Virus record (IMG/VR): IMGVR_UViG_3300026549_000047
Span: 1 to 52,157 of that record
Origin: a virus
Taxonomy: Duplodnaviria > Heunggongvirae > Uroviricota > Caudoviricetes
Strand: one strand, 5' to 3'
DNA length: 52,157 nt
The position numbers and the translations under genes were made by a program. Below the pieces are notes generated by a model. The model was given only the letters and a program-made list of their open reading frames with translations. It did no database searches and had not been told where the DNA came from. Shown here piece by piece: positions 1 to 10,013 of this stretch; position 1 is the first letter of the stretch, and every line of letters begins with the position of its first letter.

Positions 1-436
1 TATCAAGATTTGTATCTCTATTATCAACTAAATCTTCTCTATGATCCTCTAATGAAGATTCCCTTTGATCAAAGAGTCTCTCTACTTGATTTTCAAGAAT
101 ATTCTCTCTGGAATCATTTAAGAGAAGTTTAGTATCTTCAAGAGAATTATCTCTATTATCAGTAATAGATTCTTTGTGATCCTCCAAATAAGTTTCCCTC
201 AAATCACTTATTTGATCTTTAAACTGACTTAAAGAATTTTCTCTTGTATCAGAAATATCAATTCTCTCATTTTCCAGACCTACCTCCCGTTGGTCGGTAA
301 GGTCTAGTCTAGTCTTATCAAGATTTGTATCTCTATTATCAACTAAATCTTCTCTATGATCCTCTAATGAAGATTCCCTTTGATCAAAGAGTCTCTCTAC
401 TTGATTTTCAAGAATATTCTCTCTGGAATCATTTAA
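1..436. repeat. Exact 121-bp direct repeat (1-121 and 316-436) inside the repeat protein
   Basis: Identical sequence tatcaagatt...gaatcatttaa. The 315-bp offset equals 7 x 45-bp units. Confidence 0.95.
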
Positions 437-1138
437 ATCCAAGCGCTCCCGAGACAGAGACGTCTCGCGCTGATCGTCTAGGTCTAATCTTTGACCACGC
501 AAGTCTTCGTCTTTGAGAGCTTCTGTCAAGTTTTCTTTGTAATCTTCTAGGTAACTTTCTTGTGAAATGTCACCCCCGATTCGTTCGACGTGGTCAGAGA
601 GAGTTTGGTCTTGGTCGGTGTTTCCTAAAATCCTGTCAACATAACCTTCGAGAATATTTTCGCCTGTTTCACTAATCAGCTCTTCACGATGACCAGACAA
701 GGATTCCAAATCTTTATGTTCGTCAGAGAGAATTTCTTGAATACGACTTAAGGTATCTACTTCTTTTCGATCTCCTTGTATGTCTTCTCGATTAGTCTCT
801 AATGAACCTATTTCTGGTCTTTCCCCACTCAGCTTTTCTTTTTCTGCTAGGAGTTCCTCTATGTTATTGTCGTGCTCTAACCATTCTTTTGAACTTACTA
901 AGCTTGAAACCTCGGAGCTGCCGGGACGGAGAACGTCAATTTTATCCGAGAGCTCAGGTTCTTTGATGAAGTGTTCTCTACCTCTGACTTCTAAGACGTC
1001 GTGGTTCATAGTCACGTAGTCATCAGTCAGCTCTTTCACTTTCTTCAAGTACTTACTAAGCTCCTGGATCTCTTCCGCACGCGTGAACTCATCACAGCTG
1101 CCCGGAATCATGTTTTCTTTCTTAATATCTTTGTCCAT
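1..1138 (-). CDS. Acidic protein with 15-aa tandem repeats, partial (runs off the left end; absent from the ORF track)
   Basis: ATG at 1138 overlaps the upstream stop (TAATG). The frame is open to position 1 and reads MDKDIKKENMIPGSCDEF... followed by repeats such as LDLDDQRETSLSRER / LDLNDSRENILENQV / ERLFDQRESSLEDHR. Confidence 0.8.
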   Translation of the reverse strand, partial: MDKDIKKENMIPGSCDEFTRAEEIQELSKYLKKVKELTDDYVTMNHDVLEVRGREHFIKEPELSDKIDVLRPGSSEVSSLVSSKEWLEHDNNIEELLAEKEKLSGERPEIGSLETNREDIQGDRKEVDTLSRIQEILSDEHKDLESLSGHREELISETGENILEGYVDRILGNTDQDQTLSDHVERIGGDISQESYLEDYKENLTEALKDEDLRGQRLDLDDQRETSLSRERLDLNDSRENILENQVERLFDQRESSLEDHREDLVDNRDTNLDKTRLDLTDQREVGLENERIDISDTRENSLSQFKDQISDLRETYLEDHKESITDNRDNSLEDTKLLLNDSRENILENQVERLFDQRESSLEDHREDLVDNRDTNLD

Positions 1139-1590
1139 TACATGTCGAGTGTTTCAACTATACTCATTAAGGTATAAGAATAAAGAGAGTTGGATAACTC
1201 AGAATACCCTTGTTTTAAGGATATTTTAAATCTGTATGTTCTTCCGCCTCTCGTATATTGTAATTCGTCACCAACCTCTAGAGAACCGTCATTTGTAACA
1301 GCCTCTAATGAGTCGCGGTTACGATTCCAGACGTCCCTCATTTCACTAGTATTAATAATAAGGGTGGTTTCGAATTGGTCATAGTCGTTTTCAAGGGTAC
1401 TATCTGAGGAATATGAACCTCCAAAAACATTCTTCCACTTAGAATTATCTTTGGGGCGCAACACAATAAACTTAGTACCATTGAGTGCCAACTGAACTTT
1501 AATCGCCTTAAGCCCTATCTGATAAAGTTTCTGAGCTTTATCTTGGCTCTTGGAGGTCATACTCTCGCTCATATGTTTAATAGTGTACAA
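1138..1590 (-). CDS. Virion protein, possibly head-closure/stopper-like
   Basis: 150-aa ORF in the morphogenesis operon. The beta-rich C-terminus (LEVGDELQY...YRFKI) is reminiscent of head-closure proteins; function is inferred. Confidence 0.4.
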   Translation of the reverse strand: MYTIKHMSESMTSKSQDKAQKLYQIGLKAIKVQLALNGTKFIVLRPKDNSKWKNVFGGSYSSDSTLENDYDQFETTLIINTSEMRDVWNRNRDSLEAVTNDGSLEVGDELQYTRGGRTYRFKISLKQGYSELSNSLYSYTLMSIVETLDM

Positions 1591-1922
1591 AAACCCTGTT
1601 CGTTGATAATATACTTTACTAGTTTATACATCTGAGGGAATGTAAGAGTTCCCTGCAACTTCATCACATTAATGTTTCTCTCTGAACTAATGTTAGTTCT
1701 GACAAACTTTGCTTGTGTCCTAATAAAGTCATCTATCTCGTATTGACTATATTCATAGTCCCGGGGGATATAAATCTTTAGTCCACCAGGCTCTCCAGTC
1801 ATGCTAATCACATCTGTGGGAACTCTGTCGGAAACCTCATAATCGGTTATCCCCTCTTGATCCAATTTTTCTGTGATCTTATTAATCATAGTTCCTGAAA
1901 AATATTTTCTAAGTAGTATCAT
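1569..1922 (-). CDS. Leader-bearing protein (MILLRKYFS)
   Basis: 117-aa ORF with the shared N-terminal leader. Confidence 0.75.
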   Translation of the reverse strand: MILLRKYFSGTMINKITEKLDQEGITDYEVSDRVPTDVISMTGEPGGLKIYIPRDYEYSQYEIDDFIRTQAKFVRTNISSERNINVMKLQGTLTFPQMYKLVKYIINEQGFCTLLNI

Positions 1923-1942
1923 TTCTCCAGGCCTCCCATGTT

Positions 1943-3172
1943 TTAGTTGTCATAAATATTAAACTTAGTCTTAACAGACATCAATTTCTTTAAGACCAAG
2001 TCGAATTCACTTTTATCTTTCATGGCGTATGTATAGACAATTACGCGACCAGTGTCACTTCTACGGATTTTCGCCTTAAGTGCTTTCCAGACTTTTTTAT
2101 CTATATCCCCCGATTCTTTCTTTATAACGGAAACAATCAAGACGCCACTAACCAATGACATATTAGCTTCGCTCGTTTCCTCACCAACCGTATAGTTAAA
2201 TCCCTCTACGTAATGAAGTCTCTTAAGAGCTTCTTTCAAGTATGCATTAGTATATTCTCCTCTTGTCAATGGGAGACCAAGTTTTTGTAAGTCACCAGAA
2301 GTCAATCCCTCTAATCCACCTTTAACAGCGCCCTGGACTGCTTGTACTATCATGTTGTTCCCAAGTCGGAAAGAGTTACCTATTCCTTTTGAGATACCGG
2401 TCAGAAGCATTTTCATAAGCTCATGCTTTCTGATGTCGAAACCCGGCACGGAGAAAGATCTTTCCTCTTCTCCATTAGCAGCTTCCTCTAGGCGAGCGTT
2501 AATAATGGCATTATTATCAAGGAGGTTAATCTTTGTGTTGAGTTTTTCTGATAGTTCCATAATGAACTGACACATTGCGTGATAATTAGTAAAAACTATA
2601 TCTACGGAATATGAGTTTACTTTCTGGTTTATAATTTTTGCTGTATACTCCATTGAGAAATACTTTTTACAATAGTAGTCCAGGGTATTACTGGTTTTGT
2701 CCAGCTCCTCCTTAGTCATCCCAAAAGTATACATTGTTATTGTGTTGTTATGGATAGCAAAGTTAATTTTATATTGACTAACGTTTCTATCATTAAAGCT
2801 AAACTTATCATCTAGCTTAGCTCGCTTGTCAAGTGTATCTCCCACAGTTACCCCCGACATTCTAAAAATACCAAATTGTCGACGAATATTTTTATCAACC
2901 TCTTGATATTTTACATGAGACATGGGTTTGTGGATATAATTGAGGAACAACTTAGCAATGATTCCTCCCAAGGTTCCCCACTTGGCACCTGTGACGGCTC
3001 CCTCTAGTACAGTTGTATCCTCTAAGACGGCTCCAGCTACAGCTCCTACTCCGGCACCACCCAGAGCTCCTTTTGTGATAGTCTCAATAGCTCCGGGCAC
3101 CTTGTCAATATCCTTAGGACCAGTATAGTGTCCTTCGGGGATTGTAAATTCTTTCTTTCTAAAAACTATCAT
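1943..3172 (-). CDS. Leader-bearing protein with glycine zipper (MIVFRKKEFT)
   Basis: 409 aa; GALGGAGVGAVAGA segment near the N-terminus. Confidence 0.8.
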   Translation of the reverse strand: MIVFRKKEFTIPEGHYTGPKDIDKVPGAIETITKGALGGAGVGAVAGAVLEDTTVLEGAVTGAKWGTLGGIIAKLFLNYIHKPMSHVKYQEVDKNIRRQFGIFRMSGVTVGDTLDKRAKLDDKFSFNDRNVSQYKINFAIHNNTITMYTFGMTKEELDKTSNTLDYYCKKYFSMEYTAKIINQKVNSYSVDIVFTNYHAMCQFIMELSEKLNTKINLLDNNAIINARLEEAANGEEERSFSVPGFDIRKHELMKMLLTGISKGIGNSFRLGNNMIVQAVQGAVKGGLEGLTSGDLQKLGLPLTRGEYTNAYLKEALKRLHYVEGFNYTVGEETSEANMSLVSGVLIVSVIKKESGDIDKKVWKALKAKIRRSDTGRVIVYTYAMKDKSEFDLVLKKLMSVKTKFNIYDN

Positions 3173-3177
3173 ACTTT

Positions 3178-3786
3178 TTACATTGTTAAAACAGGGATTG
3201 GCATAGTCTGAGCTGTGCGAATATAATCCCCCACAGTTCCCTTTGCTCCCCGGAGCTTTCTTGAAAATCCTGTTTTAGTGTAGTCTGTAGCAGCTTTGTC
3301 TAACTTGTTTTTTACTCCTTGTGTCATGAGTGGTCTATTGACTACCATAGGTACGGCAGCACTGTAGCCAGGCATACATAGAGCTGTTCCGGCTGGGCCA
3401 CCAATTGCTAGACCTACAGGAGTAGTAAGCTGAGATGCAGTTGCTACAACGGCGACATCAGGACGACGAATCGTTGATTCTATTCCTTTATCAACTACTT
3501 TACCTACCCTAGTGTCCATAACCTCAGCAGCTTTTGCTTGTGCTTTGGCTGGAGCAGCTTTAATAGCTTGCTCTTGAGCAATAGTTGCTCGATTAATCTC
3601 AGCATTTGTCTTTGGCTGAAATTTGAATTTAGGACCAACTGGCTGTTTACCAGTAATCGTGCTCTTAATAGCATCACCAGCACGAAGACCGACATTATCA
3701 ATAGCCGTCATCCAATTATTACCAATACGTCTAGCCACTTTAATAGAACGGGCTAGTTTACTGGAGTAATTTCTCTGTACAATCAT
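3178..3786 (-). CDS. Leader-bearing basic protein (likely start MIVQRNYSS at 3786)
   Basis: An internal ATG gives the leader-like N-terminus and avoids overlap with the upstream gene. Confidence 0.7.
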   Translation of the reverse strand: MIVQRNYSSKLARSIKVARRIGNNWMTAIDNVGLRAGDAIKSTITGKQPVGPKFKFQPKTNAEINRATIAQEQAIKAAPAKAQAKAAEVMDTRVGKVVDKGIESTIRRPDVAVVATASQLTTPVGLAIGGPAGTALCMPGYSAAVPMVVNRPLMTQGVKNKLDKAATDYTKTGFSRKLRGAKGTVGDYIRTAQTMPIPVLTM

Positions 3787-3788
3787 TT

Positions 3789-4580
3789 CTACATTAATAG
3801 TTCTCCATACCATCCGCTCTGAAGTTCATACTGATCACATCTAGCACGAAGCTCTTGATATGCAGCATCGACGTTGGCAAGAACCTCAACGGGTACGTTA
3901 GCTAATTGTATCGTAGCTCTCATTTGTCGGATATAGTCTAGGAGATTAACCATGACTAGGTCCATGAAAAAGTTCTCTCTTGCACCACTAGTCTCCACAT
4001 CTAACCAATAGATGGCACTAGATTCAGAGGCAGGGTTAAAGGTTTTGTCAGGAAGCCAATCTGGAACGATGGGTCTAGAGACTATGCCACGAATAATAAT
4101 CTCTCCTCCTCCTACCCCTTGCATAAGACCTAAGTCGCCTATGAATACATACGGTCGTCTATAGTCAGTAAAGTAGGTATAGGCACCTGGCTGAGGAATC
4201 GATGCTCCTCCTGCGTAGCTCGAGAATGCGTTCATGTAGCCACCGTCTCCAACACGCCAAGCGGGAAGGGAGTTTGGAACTAGAATAATACGGTTCTCTG
4301 GGATAACGCAATTTAAGTATAGTGTAAAATTCGATTTTATCTCACCATAACCAGCTGGTGGATTACATCCACAGAGTTGCTGGTAGTTAACGGGCATGTC
4401 GAGAATAAGAGGGTTTGTTTTCTCAAATTCCTTAAGTGCCTTCTTGAATATCTCAAGTAGGATTTCATCGGCCGATAGATAATCATTGAGCCCAAGGAGC
4501 TCGTCCAATGAGTCAAGTGAGATTAAGGCCGACCGAATAAATACCTTTTTCTTAAGATCAATTAATAATGTTTTGTCCAT
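3789..4580 (-). CDS. Putative neck/head-tail adaptor protein (T4 gp13-like by position and size)
   Basis: 263 aa with helical termini, just downstream of the sheath. Assignment is by context only. Confidence 0.4.
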   Translation of the reverse strand: MDKTLLIDLKKKVFIRSALISLDSLDELLGLNDYLSADEILLEIFKKALKEFEKTNPLILDMPVNYQQLCGCNPPAGYGEIKSNFTLYLNCVIPENRIILVPNSLPAWRVGDGGYMNAFSSYAGGASIPQPGAYTYFTDYRRPYVFIGDLGLMQGVGGGEIIIRGIVSRPIVPDWLPDKTFNPASESSAIYWLDVETSGARENFFMDLVMVNLLDYIRQMRATIQLANVPVEVLANVDAAYQELRARCDQYELQSGWYGELLM

Positions 4581-5769
4581 AATAACTCATTGGTACTGGT
4601 AGAAGTTTGGGTTGGATGTGGGTTGTGATATCCTTGCCTTCTAGGAGGAAAGTTTTTATCACTTCATTAAGTCGACCTCTATCACAGTAGGGAATTTTAA
4701 AAAGTTTAATAGAGTTATCCTGACAGTACTGTTCAAGACAGATATCTCGGTTAACTCTGTCTATATAGTTTTGGTAAGTATGATGAAAAAGGGAGATATA
4801 TCTATAGTGTTGGTCGCCATCGAATTCTATAGCTATTTTTAGAGAAGGTATAAATATGTCCACTAGAAAGTAATTTAGACCGCAATCAATGTACTCATTG
4901 TTATAGTTGATCTTATATTGCTCTTCTATTTTTACTTTCTTACCCAGGATAGATTTAACAATATTACAGCAGTCGAGCTCGCCAACAGAACTTCTACAAC
5001 TAGGACAATGGTATAGGGTTTTACCCATGAACTTAGAATAAGTTGGATTACATAATACGTTATGTTTCTTGCACTTAAGAACTAGTTTTGTCTTGTTAGC
5101 AGTTATCCATTTATTGTTTACAAATCCCAAGAATTCCAATTCTGTACCATAGGTAGAATTCATTTCAGTTAAGTGTTCTCTGATATTCTTCTCTGCTATC
5201 TCTTTAGTAATCTTTACATTAGAGTTAGCTGATTTTAGGTATCTAAGTTTATTACACGTCCAGCCTTTACGAACAAAGGTATCACATCTAATAACAGCAG
5301 AATCTTCATAAGTCTTGTCATATAGCATGACTCTTGTTTTGCTCATACTATTTCCTATACTATCATTTTCAAAACCAAGAAACTCTATAATCCTGCCTTC
5401 ATTGGTCCGTATTTCTTTTATCTTATCATCTATTCTTTTTAGTATCTCTTCTTTTGAGGAGACCCGGACATTTGAGTAAACTCTTTTTCTATCAGATGGA
5501 CTTGTCCAGCCATAAGAACTTTTCTTAAAAGCTCTATAGGTGATCTCTCCCTCCTCATTATACACAGTGTTTACCAGTTTAATGATAGTATTATTTGTAT
5601 TTGTTGAATCCTTTTTAACAAACCCAAGAAACACTAATTCTCTTTTTCCTGGTTCATTTACCCTTTTTATTTTATTTAAAATTTTTGTTTTTATTTTCTC
5701 CCAATTTATCATGTGCTTTTTATTAAAATGGTGAGTAATACTCACAAGATCATTATGAATACTACTCAC
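4558..5769 (-). CDS. Free-standing homing-endonuclease-like protein with C-terminal PD-(D/E)xK (DUF559/Vsr-like) domain
   Basis: VDIFIPSLKIAIEFDGDQHY and RDICLEQYCQDNSIKLFKIPY motifs; CPSC zinc knuckle; repeated FLGF units; AT-rich relative to neighbours. Confidence 0.7.
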   Translation of the reverse strand: MSSIHNDLVSITHHFNKKHMINWEKIKTKILNKIKRVNEPGKRELVFLGFVKKDSTNTNNTIIKLVNTVYNEEGEITYRAFKKSSYGWTSPSDRKRVYSNVRVSSKEEILKRIDDKIKEIRTNEGRIIEFLGFENDSIGNSMSKTRVMLYDKTYEDSAVIRCDTFVRKGWTCNKLRYLKSANSNVKITKEIAEKNIREHLTEMNSTYGTELEFLGFVNNKWITANKTKLVLKCKKHNVLCNPTYSKFMGKTLYHCPSCRSSVGELDCCNIVKSILGKKVKIEEQYKINYNNEYIDCGLNYFLVDIFIPSLKIAIEFDGDQHYRYISLFHHTYQNYIDRVNRDICLEQYCQDNSIKLFKIPYCDRGRLNEVIKTFLLEGKDITTHIQPKLLPVPMSYYGQNIIN

Positions 5770-5782
5770 CTAGTTTAATATC

Positions 5783-8341
5783 TTATGCGAACATTTGTCC
5801 GTCAAACGGCATGCCTATGTCGTAAAGAGCATCATATACGTCTATGTACTTGGCAGCTCTCTGGAATCGTATCTCAATAAGACACTTTACCTGGTTACGT
5901 CTCTGAATCTCTACAGGATTATTTGTCTCATTGATCGTAATCTGGTAAGCGTCGATTGTATACTCCATCGGGAGAATCGTGTTCTTAAACCAGAAATCAA
6001 TAACAGAAGTCATATCCTGCCAAAGGACCGGACCAATACGTCTGCCAATAAATTGGCGGAGAAGTACGGGCATGGCCTTTGCAATGCGGATTGCGAGACG
6101 GCTGTTACCATCATCAGACATGATAGTATCTTCGCTGCTCTTAGTCCAGTTATCATTCCAGTTCCAGGCCTGAGTCTGAGTATTCCACATGACAGTGTTA
6201 ATCTTCTTGCTCAGAAGCAACTGACGGGTCTTCTTGTTGAACTCAACAACTGGCTTCTGATACTGTGCGATACCATTGCTTTGACCCAGTACAGGAGCGA
6301 ACTCACGACCAAGGTTACGGTTACGACCTACAGTCTCCCAGTACAGGGTAGCAGGAGAAGCGTAGTACTTGAAACCAACGTTACCAGTATCAACATCCCA
6401 AGGAGCACTTGCATACAGCTTGTATGAGTCCTTGCTAATACGGTTGATTGAGTTAGCAATAGCCAGGTAGTTAGTGCTATTGATAGTGCTGATAGGATAG
6501 AAGTAGTTGTCGTTTACTGCCATATTAGCCATATAGCTCTGAACCATAGGACTTGTACAACCGAGGTCAGCAAGACCTTCAGTTACATAAACCTCATCCA
6601 GACTAATCTGGTCAAGGGCCTTCATGATGTCATTATCAGATACATCGAGGATACGATACTTCTCAGGATCAATGCTAAGATCAACCCAAATTTCCTCTGG
6701 TTCAAGGTCGCTCAAGGTACGAGTACCAACAACCCACTCATAGTATACACCGTCGGCCTGTTCACCAACCAATGCATACTCACCGTTAGCAGGATCCGTT
6801 GCACTTGCCTTCAGGGCAGCCATAGATGCCTCAGTATACTTGAAGTTGAGAGTATCATCGTTCTCAAAGTTCTCAATAGACTTATCTGTTACAATTTCCC
6901 ACTCGTGATTAGTTCCATTATACTGGTAGATATCAGGAGTAACACGACCAACTATAACTAATTCGCCCTGTTCTGTACCTACCTCAGACATCATCGCTTT
7001 CTTATTTGAAAAAGAACGAATTCCGTTCGGTGGTGTGGTAGGTTGAGTGGCAGCAACCTTCCAACCAGTCTTATCAGCCTCACTCAGATATCCATAGTAG
7101 CCCAGACCAAGGTCACTCAGGTCATCAGGGAGCTGTACTTGAATCATCTTCAGTGACTCATTGAGCTCGGCCTCAGTCATATCACCACGACCCAGGATGT
7201 TACCTACGTTGAAGTACACAGGCTCATCGCTGATGCTAGGATCGACTACAGCAACCTCATAGAAATCACGATAGAGGACGTCGTCAGTAGGAAGTTTTTT
7301 AGCACCCTTCTGGTAAGTACCTTTGTTAGTGAAGGTATCAAGAACTTTCGAAAGTACAGTATAGGGAGAATCACCACCTTTATTGGCATCATTCTTACTC
7401 AGTTCCTTGGTGACAACTGCGTCGTGATTGAAACGACGAATACGTAGCTTTAGCTCTGTACTAGAGTTAAAGTTATTTGTTGCGTAGAAGGGAGCAGCCT
7501 CGAAATCACTGAAAGCAACGCTATTCAGGTTAATTGTATGCTGTTCTTTATTTTCAATTTTCCATTCTGGTTCACAAATAACTACGTAAGATAAACCGTC
7601 CGGGCAACGAACATCTGTAGTATCAAGAATATTTTTACCAAGGTATACTTCATGGAACACAACACTTACTGCTTCAGATGCATCTTCTGTTTCATCACCT
7701 TCGTCAGCAGCTTCGGTATTATAGAAAGTATAACTAGGGCTGAAGAATTTTGAAGTATCGTTCAGACAGTCAACTAGCTCAACGATGTCCTTAACGAAAT
7801 AATCGTATTGAGCACCATCGTCATCATTGCGATTACCAATTACGCCAATACCATTGATGTTAATAGACCAACCGTCTGTGCTATGATCTGAGTTATCTGC
7901 ACGAGTATCAACTACGATCTTAAATTCTTGTACCTTCTTTAAGAGTTGGCCATCACGAAGAATATATACATCAGGGTTTTCTCCCTTAACCAGGGGTTTA
8001 GCGAAATAGATATCCTTAGCCTTAGAAGCACGAACTACGAGCATGGTGTTAGCACCAGCCAAGCGATATGCATTCAGCCACATAGTCTCAGCCATGTCAC
8101 TGATGTCGCCCTTATAGAGCTTATTCAGAGAGCTCACATAGTCCTTTGTCAGGTCCTCCGAAGAGTAGGTAGCAAGGAATTCGGACTGGCTCGTAATGAG
8201 AGTAGGGATGCTGGGGCCTGCGTCTGAAATAAGAGCGCAACCAATGATCAGATCCTCACCAGCTCTCGGGTTAAGAGCAGCCACTTTTACTTTCTCATGA
8301 ACGTCAACATACGGTTCACGAGTCTCTTTCCATTGTGCCAT
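5783..8341 (-). CDS. Contractile tail sheath protein
   Basis: 852 aa. C-terminus (KKINTVMWN...IDAYQITINETNNPVEIQRRNQVKCLIEIRFQRAAKYI) is typical of T4 gp18-like sheath proteins. Confidence 0.8.
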   Translation of the reverse strand: MAQWKETREPYVDVHEKVKVAALNPRAGEDLIIGCALISDAGPSIPTLITSQSEFLATYSSEDLTKDYVSSLNKLYKGDISDMAETMWLNAYRLAGANTMLVVRASKAKDIYFAKPLVKGENPDVYILRDGQLLKKVQEFKIVVDTRADNSDHSTDGWSININGIGVIGNRNDDDGAQYDYFVKDIVELVDCLNDTSKFFSPSYTFYNTEAADEGDETEDASEAVSVVFHEVYLGKNILDTTDVRCPDGLSYVVICEPEWKIENKEQHTINLNSVAFSDFEAAPFYATNNFNSSTELKLRIRRFNHDAVVTKELSKNDANKGGDSPYTVLSKVLDTFTNKGTYQKGAKKLPTDDVLYRDFYEVAVVDPSISDEPVYFNVGNILGRGDMTEAELNESLKMIQVQLPDDLSDLGLGYYGYLSEADKTGWKVAATQPTTPPNGIRSFSNKKAMMSEVGTEQGELVIVGRVTPDIYQYNGTNHEWEIVTDKSIENFENDDTLNFKYTEASMAALKASATDPANGEYALVGEQADGVYYEWVVGTRTLSDLEPEEIWVDLSIDPEKYRILDVSDNDIMKALDQISLDEVYVTEGLADLGCTSPMVQSYMANMAVNDNYFYPISTINSTNYLAIANSINRISKDSYKLYASAPWDVDTGNVGFKYYASPATLYWETVGRNRNLGREFAPVLGQSNGIAQYQKPVVEFNKKTRQLLLSKKINTVMWNTQTQAWNWNDNWTKSSEDTIMSDDGNSRLAIRIAKAMPVLLRQFIGRRIGPVLWQDMTSVIDFWFKNTILPMEYTIDAYQITINETNNPVEIQRRNQVKCLIEIRFQRAAKYIDVYDALYDIGMPFDGQMFA

Positions 8342-8370
8342 ATTAAATGATTTGTTGTTTTGTTTTATTT

Positions 8371-9045
8371 TTATCCAACTTCAACTATGTATGTTGGGTA
8401 TCCGGCCTTAATAAAGCCGCTAGCCAACTCTGTTACCGTCTTAATATTTGAGGGAGTATTAGAGATCGTTGAAATTGAGATCTCATTATACTTATTGGAG
8501 GCAGTATTATTTCGAACTTGGGGTTTACCAGTAAGACTACGAATAACCTTGTCCGTAGTCTGCTTAAGTTTAGGATCCTTTATTACGTTGACAAGAAGTC
8601 TGAGGTTGGCTCCGTCACGTGTCAAAACAATACATACTTTGAATGTAGAGGCTTGTTTTGGATCTCTTGTAAACTCTTTACCTTCTTTATAACCCTTCTT
8701 TTCAAGTTCTTTGATTACGCTTCCCATGAGTCTGTCATCTGCATTCCCCTGAGAAACGTGCTTATCTATTTCTTTAACAGTTCCCAAAAGCGCACCAAGA
8801 GCAGCTCCTAAGATAACAGATGTACCCATTATCGCTAATTGCTGCTTAATTTTACCCTCAGTGTCTTTCTTACCGTGTCTTAGGTTGTTATATTCTTTGG
8901 CTCCCGGTAAAAATTTAACAACAGGGAGTTTCTCTGGAGCTGCACCTCCGCCTATAACTGAACCTACTGCTGCACCAATAGTAGCACCCTTGACGGCATC
9001 TGACACAATATAATTGCTGAAGTCTTTCTGCTTAAACTTGATCAT
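8371..9045 (-). CDS. Leader-bearing glycine-zipper protein (MIKFKQKDFS)
   Basis: Leader plus GATIGAAVGSVIGG and LGAALGALLG segments. Confidence 0.8.
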   Translation of the reverse strand: MIKFKQKDFSNYIVSDAVKGATIGAAVGSVIGGGAAPEKLPVVKFLPGAKEYNNLRHGKKDTEGKIKQQLAIMGTSVILGAALGALLGTVKEIDKHVSQGNADDRLMGSVIKELEKKGYKEGKEFTRDPKQASTFKVCIVLTRDGANLRLLVNVIKDPKLKQTTDKVIRSLTGKPQVRNNTASNKYNEISISTISNTPSNIKTVTELASGFIKAGYPTYIVEVG

Positions 9046-9077
9046 AATGCGTTATGGGGTGTTAATATAATTACTCC

Positions 9078-9287
9078 TTAATCTTTGGGCTCTGCGTTTT
9101 CCTCTTCTTCCTCGACGGGAATGGGAGCACCGTCTGCATTATACCAAATGTCCTCGTGGGGAAGACCAATCAGGTCACGGTTAACAGGAGCATGGCGGTT
9201 AGCATCCAGAACCTTGATGAGGTTGGGAATAAATACGTCAGACTCGTAGAGGTTCTCTACGCTAGTAATGAAATCATTAACGTTCAT
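9078..9287 (-). CDS. Small acidic hypothetical protein
   Basis: 69 aa; start overlaps the upstream stop by 4 bp. Confidence 0.6.
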   Translation of the reverse strand: MNVNDFITSVENLYESDVFIPNLIKVLDANRHAPVNRDLIGLPHEDIWYNADGAPIPVEEEEENAEPKD

Positions 9288-9592
9288 TTCTCTTTATCTG
9301 TTTTCTTTAGGGAGAACTTGATTGAGGAGCCTCCCTTTTTCTCCTCTTTATTTTGTAGTGTCTTTGTTACTTCATTCATCGACGAAGCATTTTTCTTAAG
9401 CTGAGACGTCAAGTTTTCCATAGCCTTAAGCTGTTTTTCTTGATAGTCTCTATCTCTATTGTGTCTGCTTCTATTGGTAATTAGGTTTGCCGTACTAGCC
9501 GTAAGAGTGGCGCCTGAAACCGCAACTGGATGTTCTTCCACAAACTTAATACCTTGTTTCAGACCTCTCTTAAGTTTAATACGAGTAGCCAT
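9284..9592 (-). CDS. Small basic protein with variant leader (MATRIKLKR)
   Basis: 102 aa, tightly coupled in the operon. Confidence 0.65.
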   Translation of the reverse strand: MATRIKLKRGLKQGIKFVEEHPVAVSGATLTASTANLITNRSRHNRDRDYQEKQLKAMENLTSQLKKNASSMNEVTKTLQNKEEKKGGSSIKFSLKKTDKEK

Positions 9593-10013
9593 CCCTTTGT
9601 GTCATATTAGTTTTCCAGTCTTTGACCTCTCTACGCTCGGCTTGTTTCTTGGCATACTTGAGTCGCTTGTTATAAAACTCGGCCTCATTGTCTTCCTGAG
9701 CCTTCTTATGAAGGGCCTTTGCACCAAGAGCCAAACCACCTAAGATAGCACCTGCCTTGCCAGCCTTTCTCATGCCAGCTCCAGCTGCACCCATCCTAGC
9801 AGCAAAACCTGAACCACCCTTTGCCAGACCATAAGCAGCACCTGCAGCACCGCCGAGGGCCGTACCACCAACTACACCAACAGTAGTATCTCTGACAACA
9901 GCCGCCGTTGAACCACCCTTTTTATTCTTTTCAGCCAGAATATCAGAGTCTTTCATTCGCTTTAAGTTATCAGTTTCGTCCCACTTAGTGTAAAGTTTTC
10001 TTTTAATGATCAT
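9576..10013 (-). CDS. Leader-bearing glycine-zipper protein (MIIKRKLYT)
   Basis: 145 aa with long GxxxG runs. Confidence 0.75.
   Translation of the reverse strand: MIIKRKLYTKWDETDNLKRMKDSDILAEKNKKGGSTAAVVRDTTVGVVGGTALGGAAGAAYGLAKGGSGFAARMGAAGAGMRKAGKAGAILGGLALGAKALHKKAQEDNEAEFYNKRLKYAKKQAERREVKDWKTNMTQRDGYSY

Noticed and set aside
5795-8811. Plus-strand ORFs over the sheath and neighbouring gene
   Set aside because: Fully antisense to well-supported genes and no recognisable motifs.
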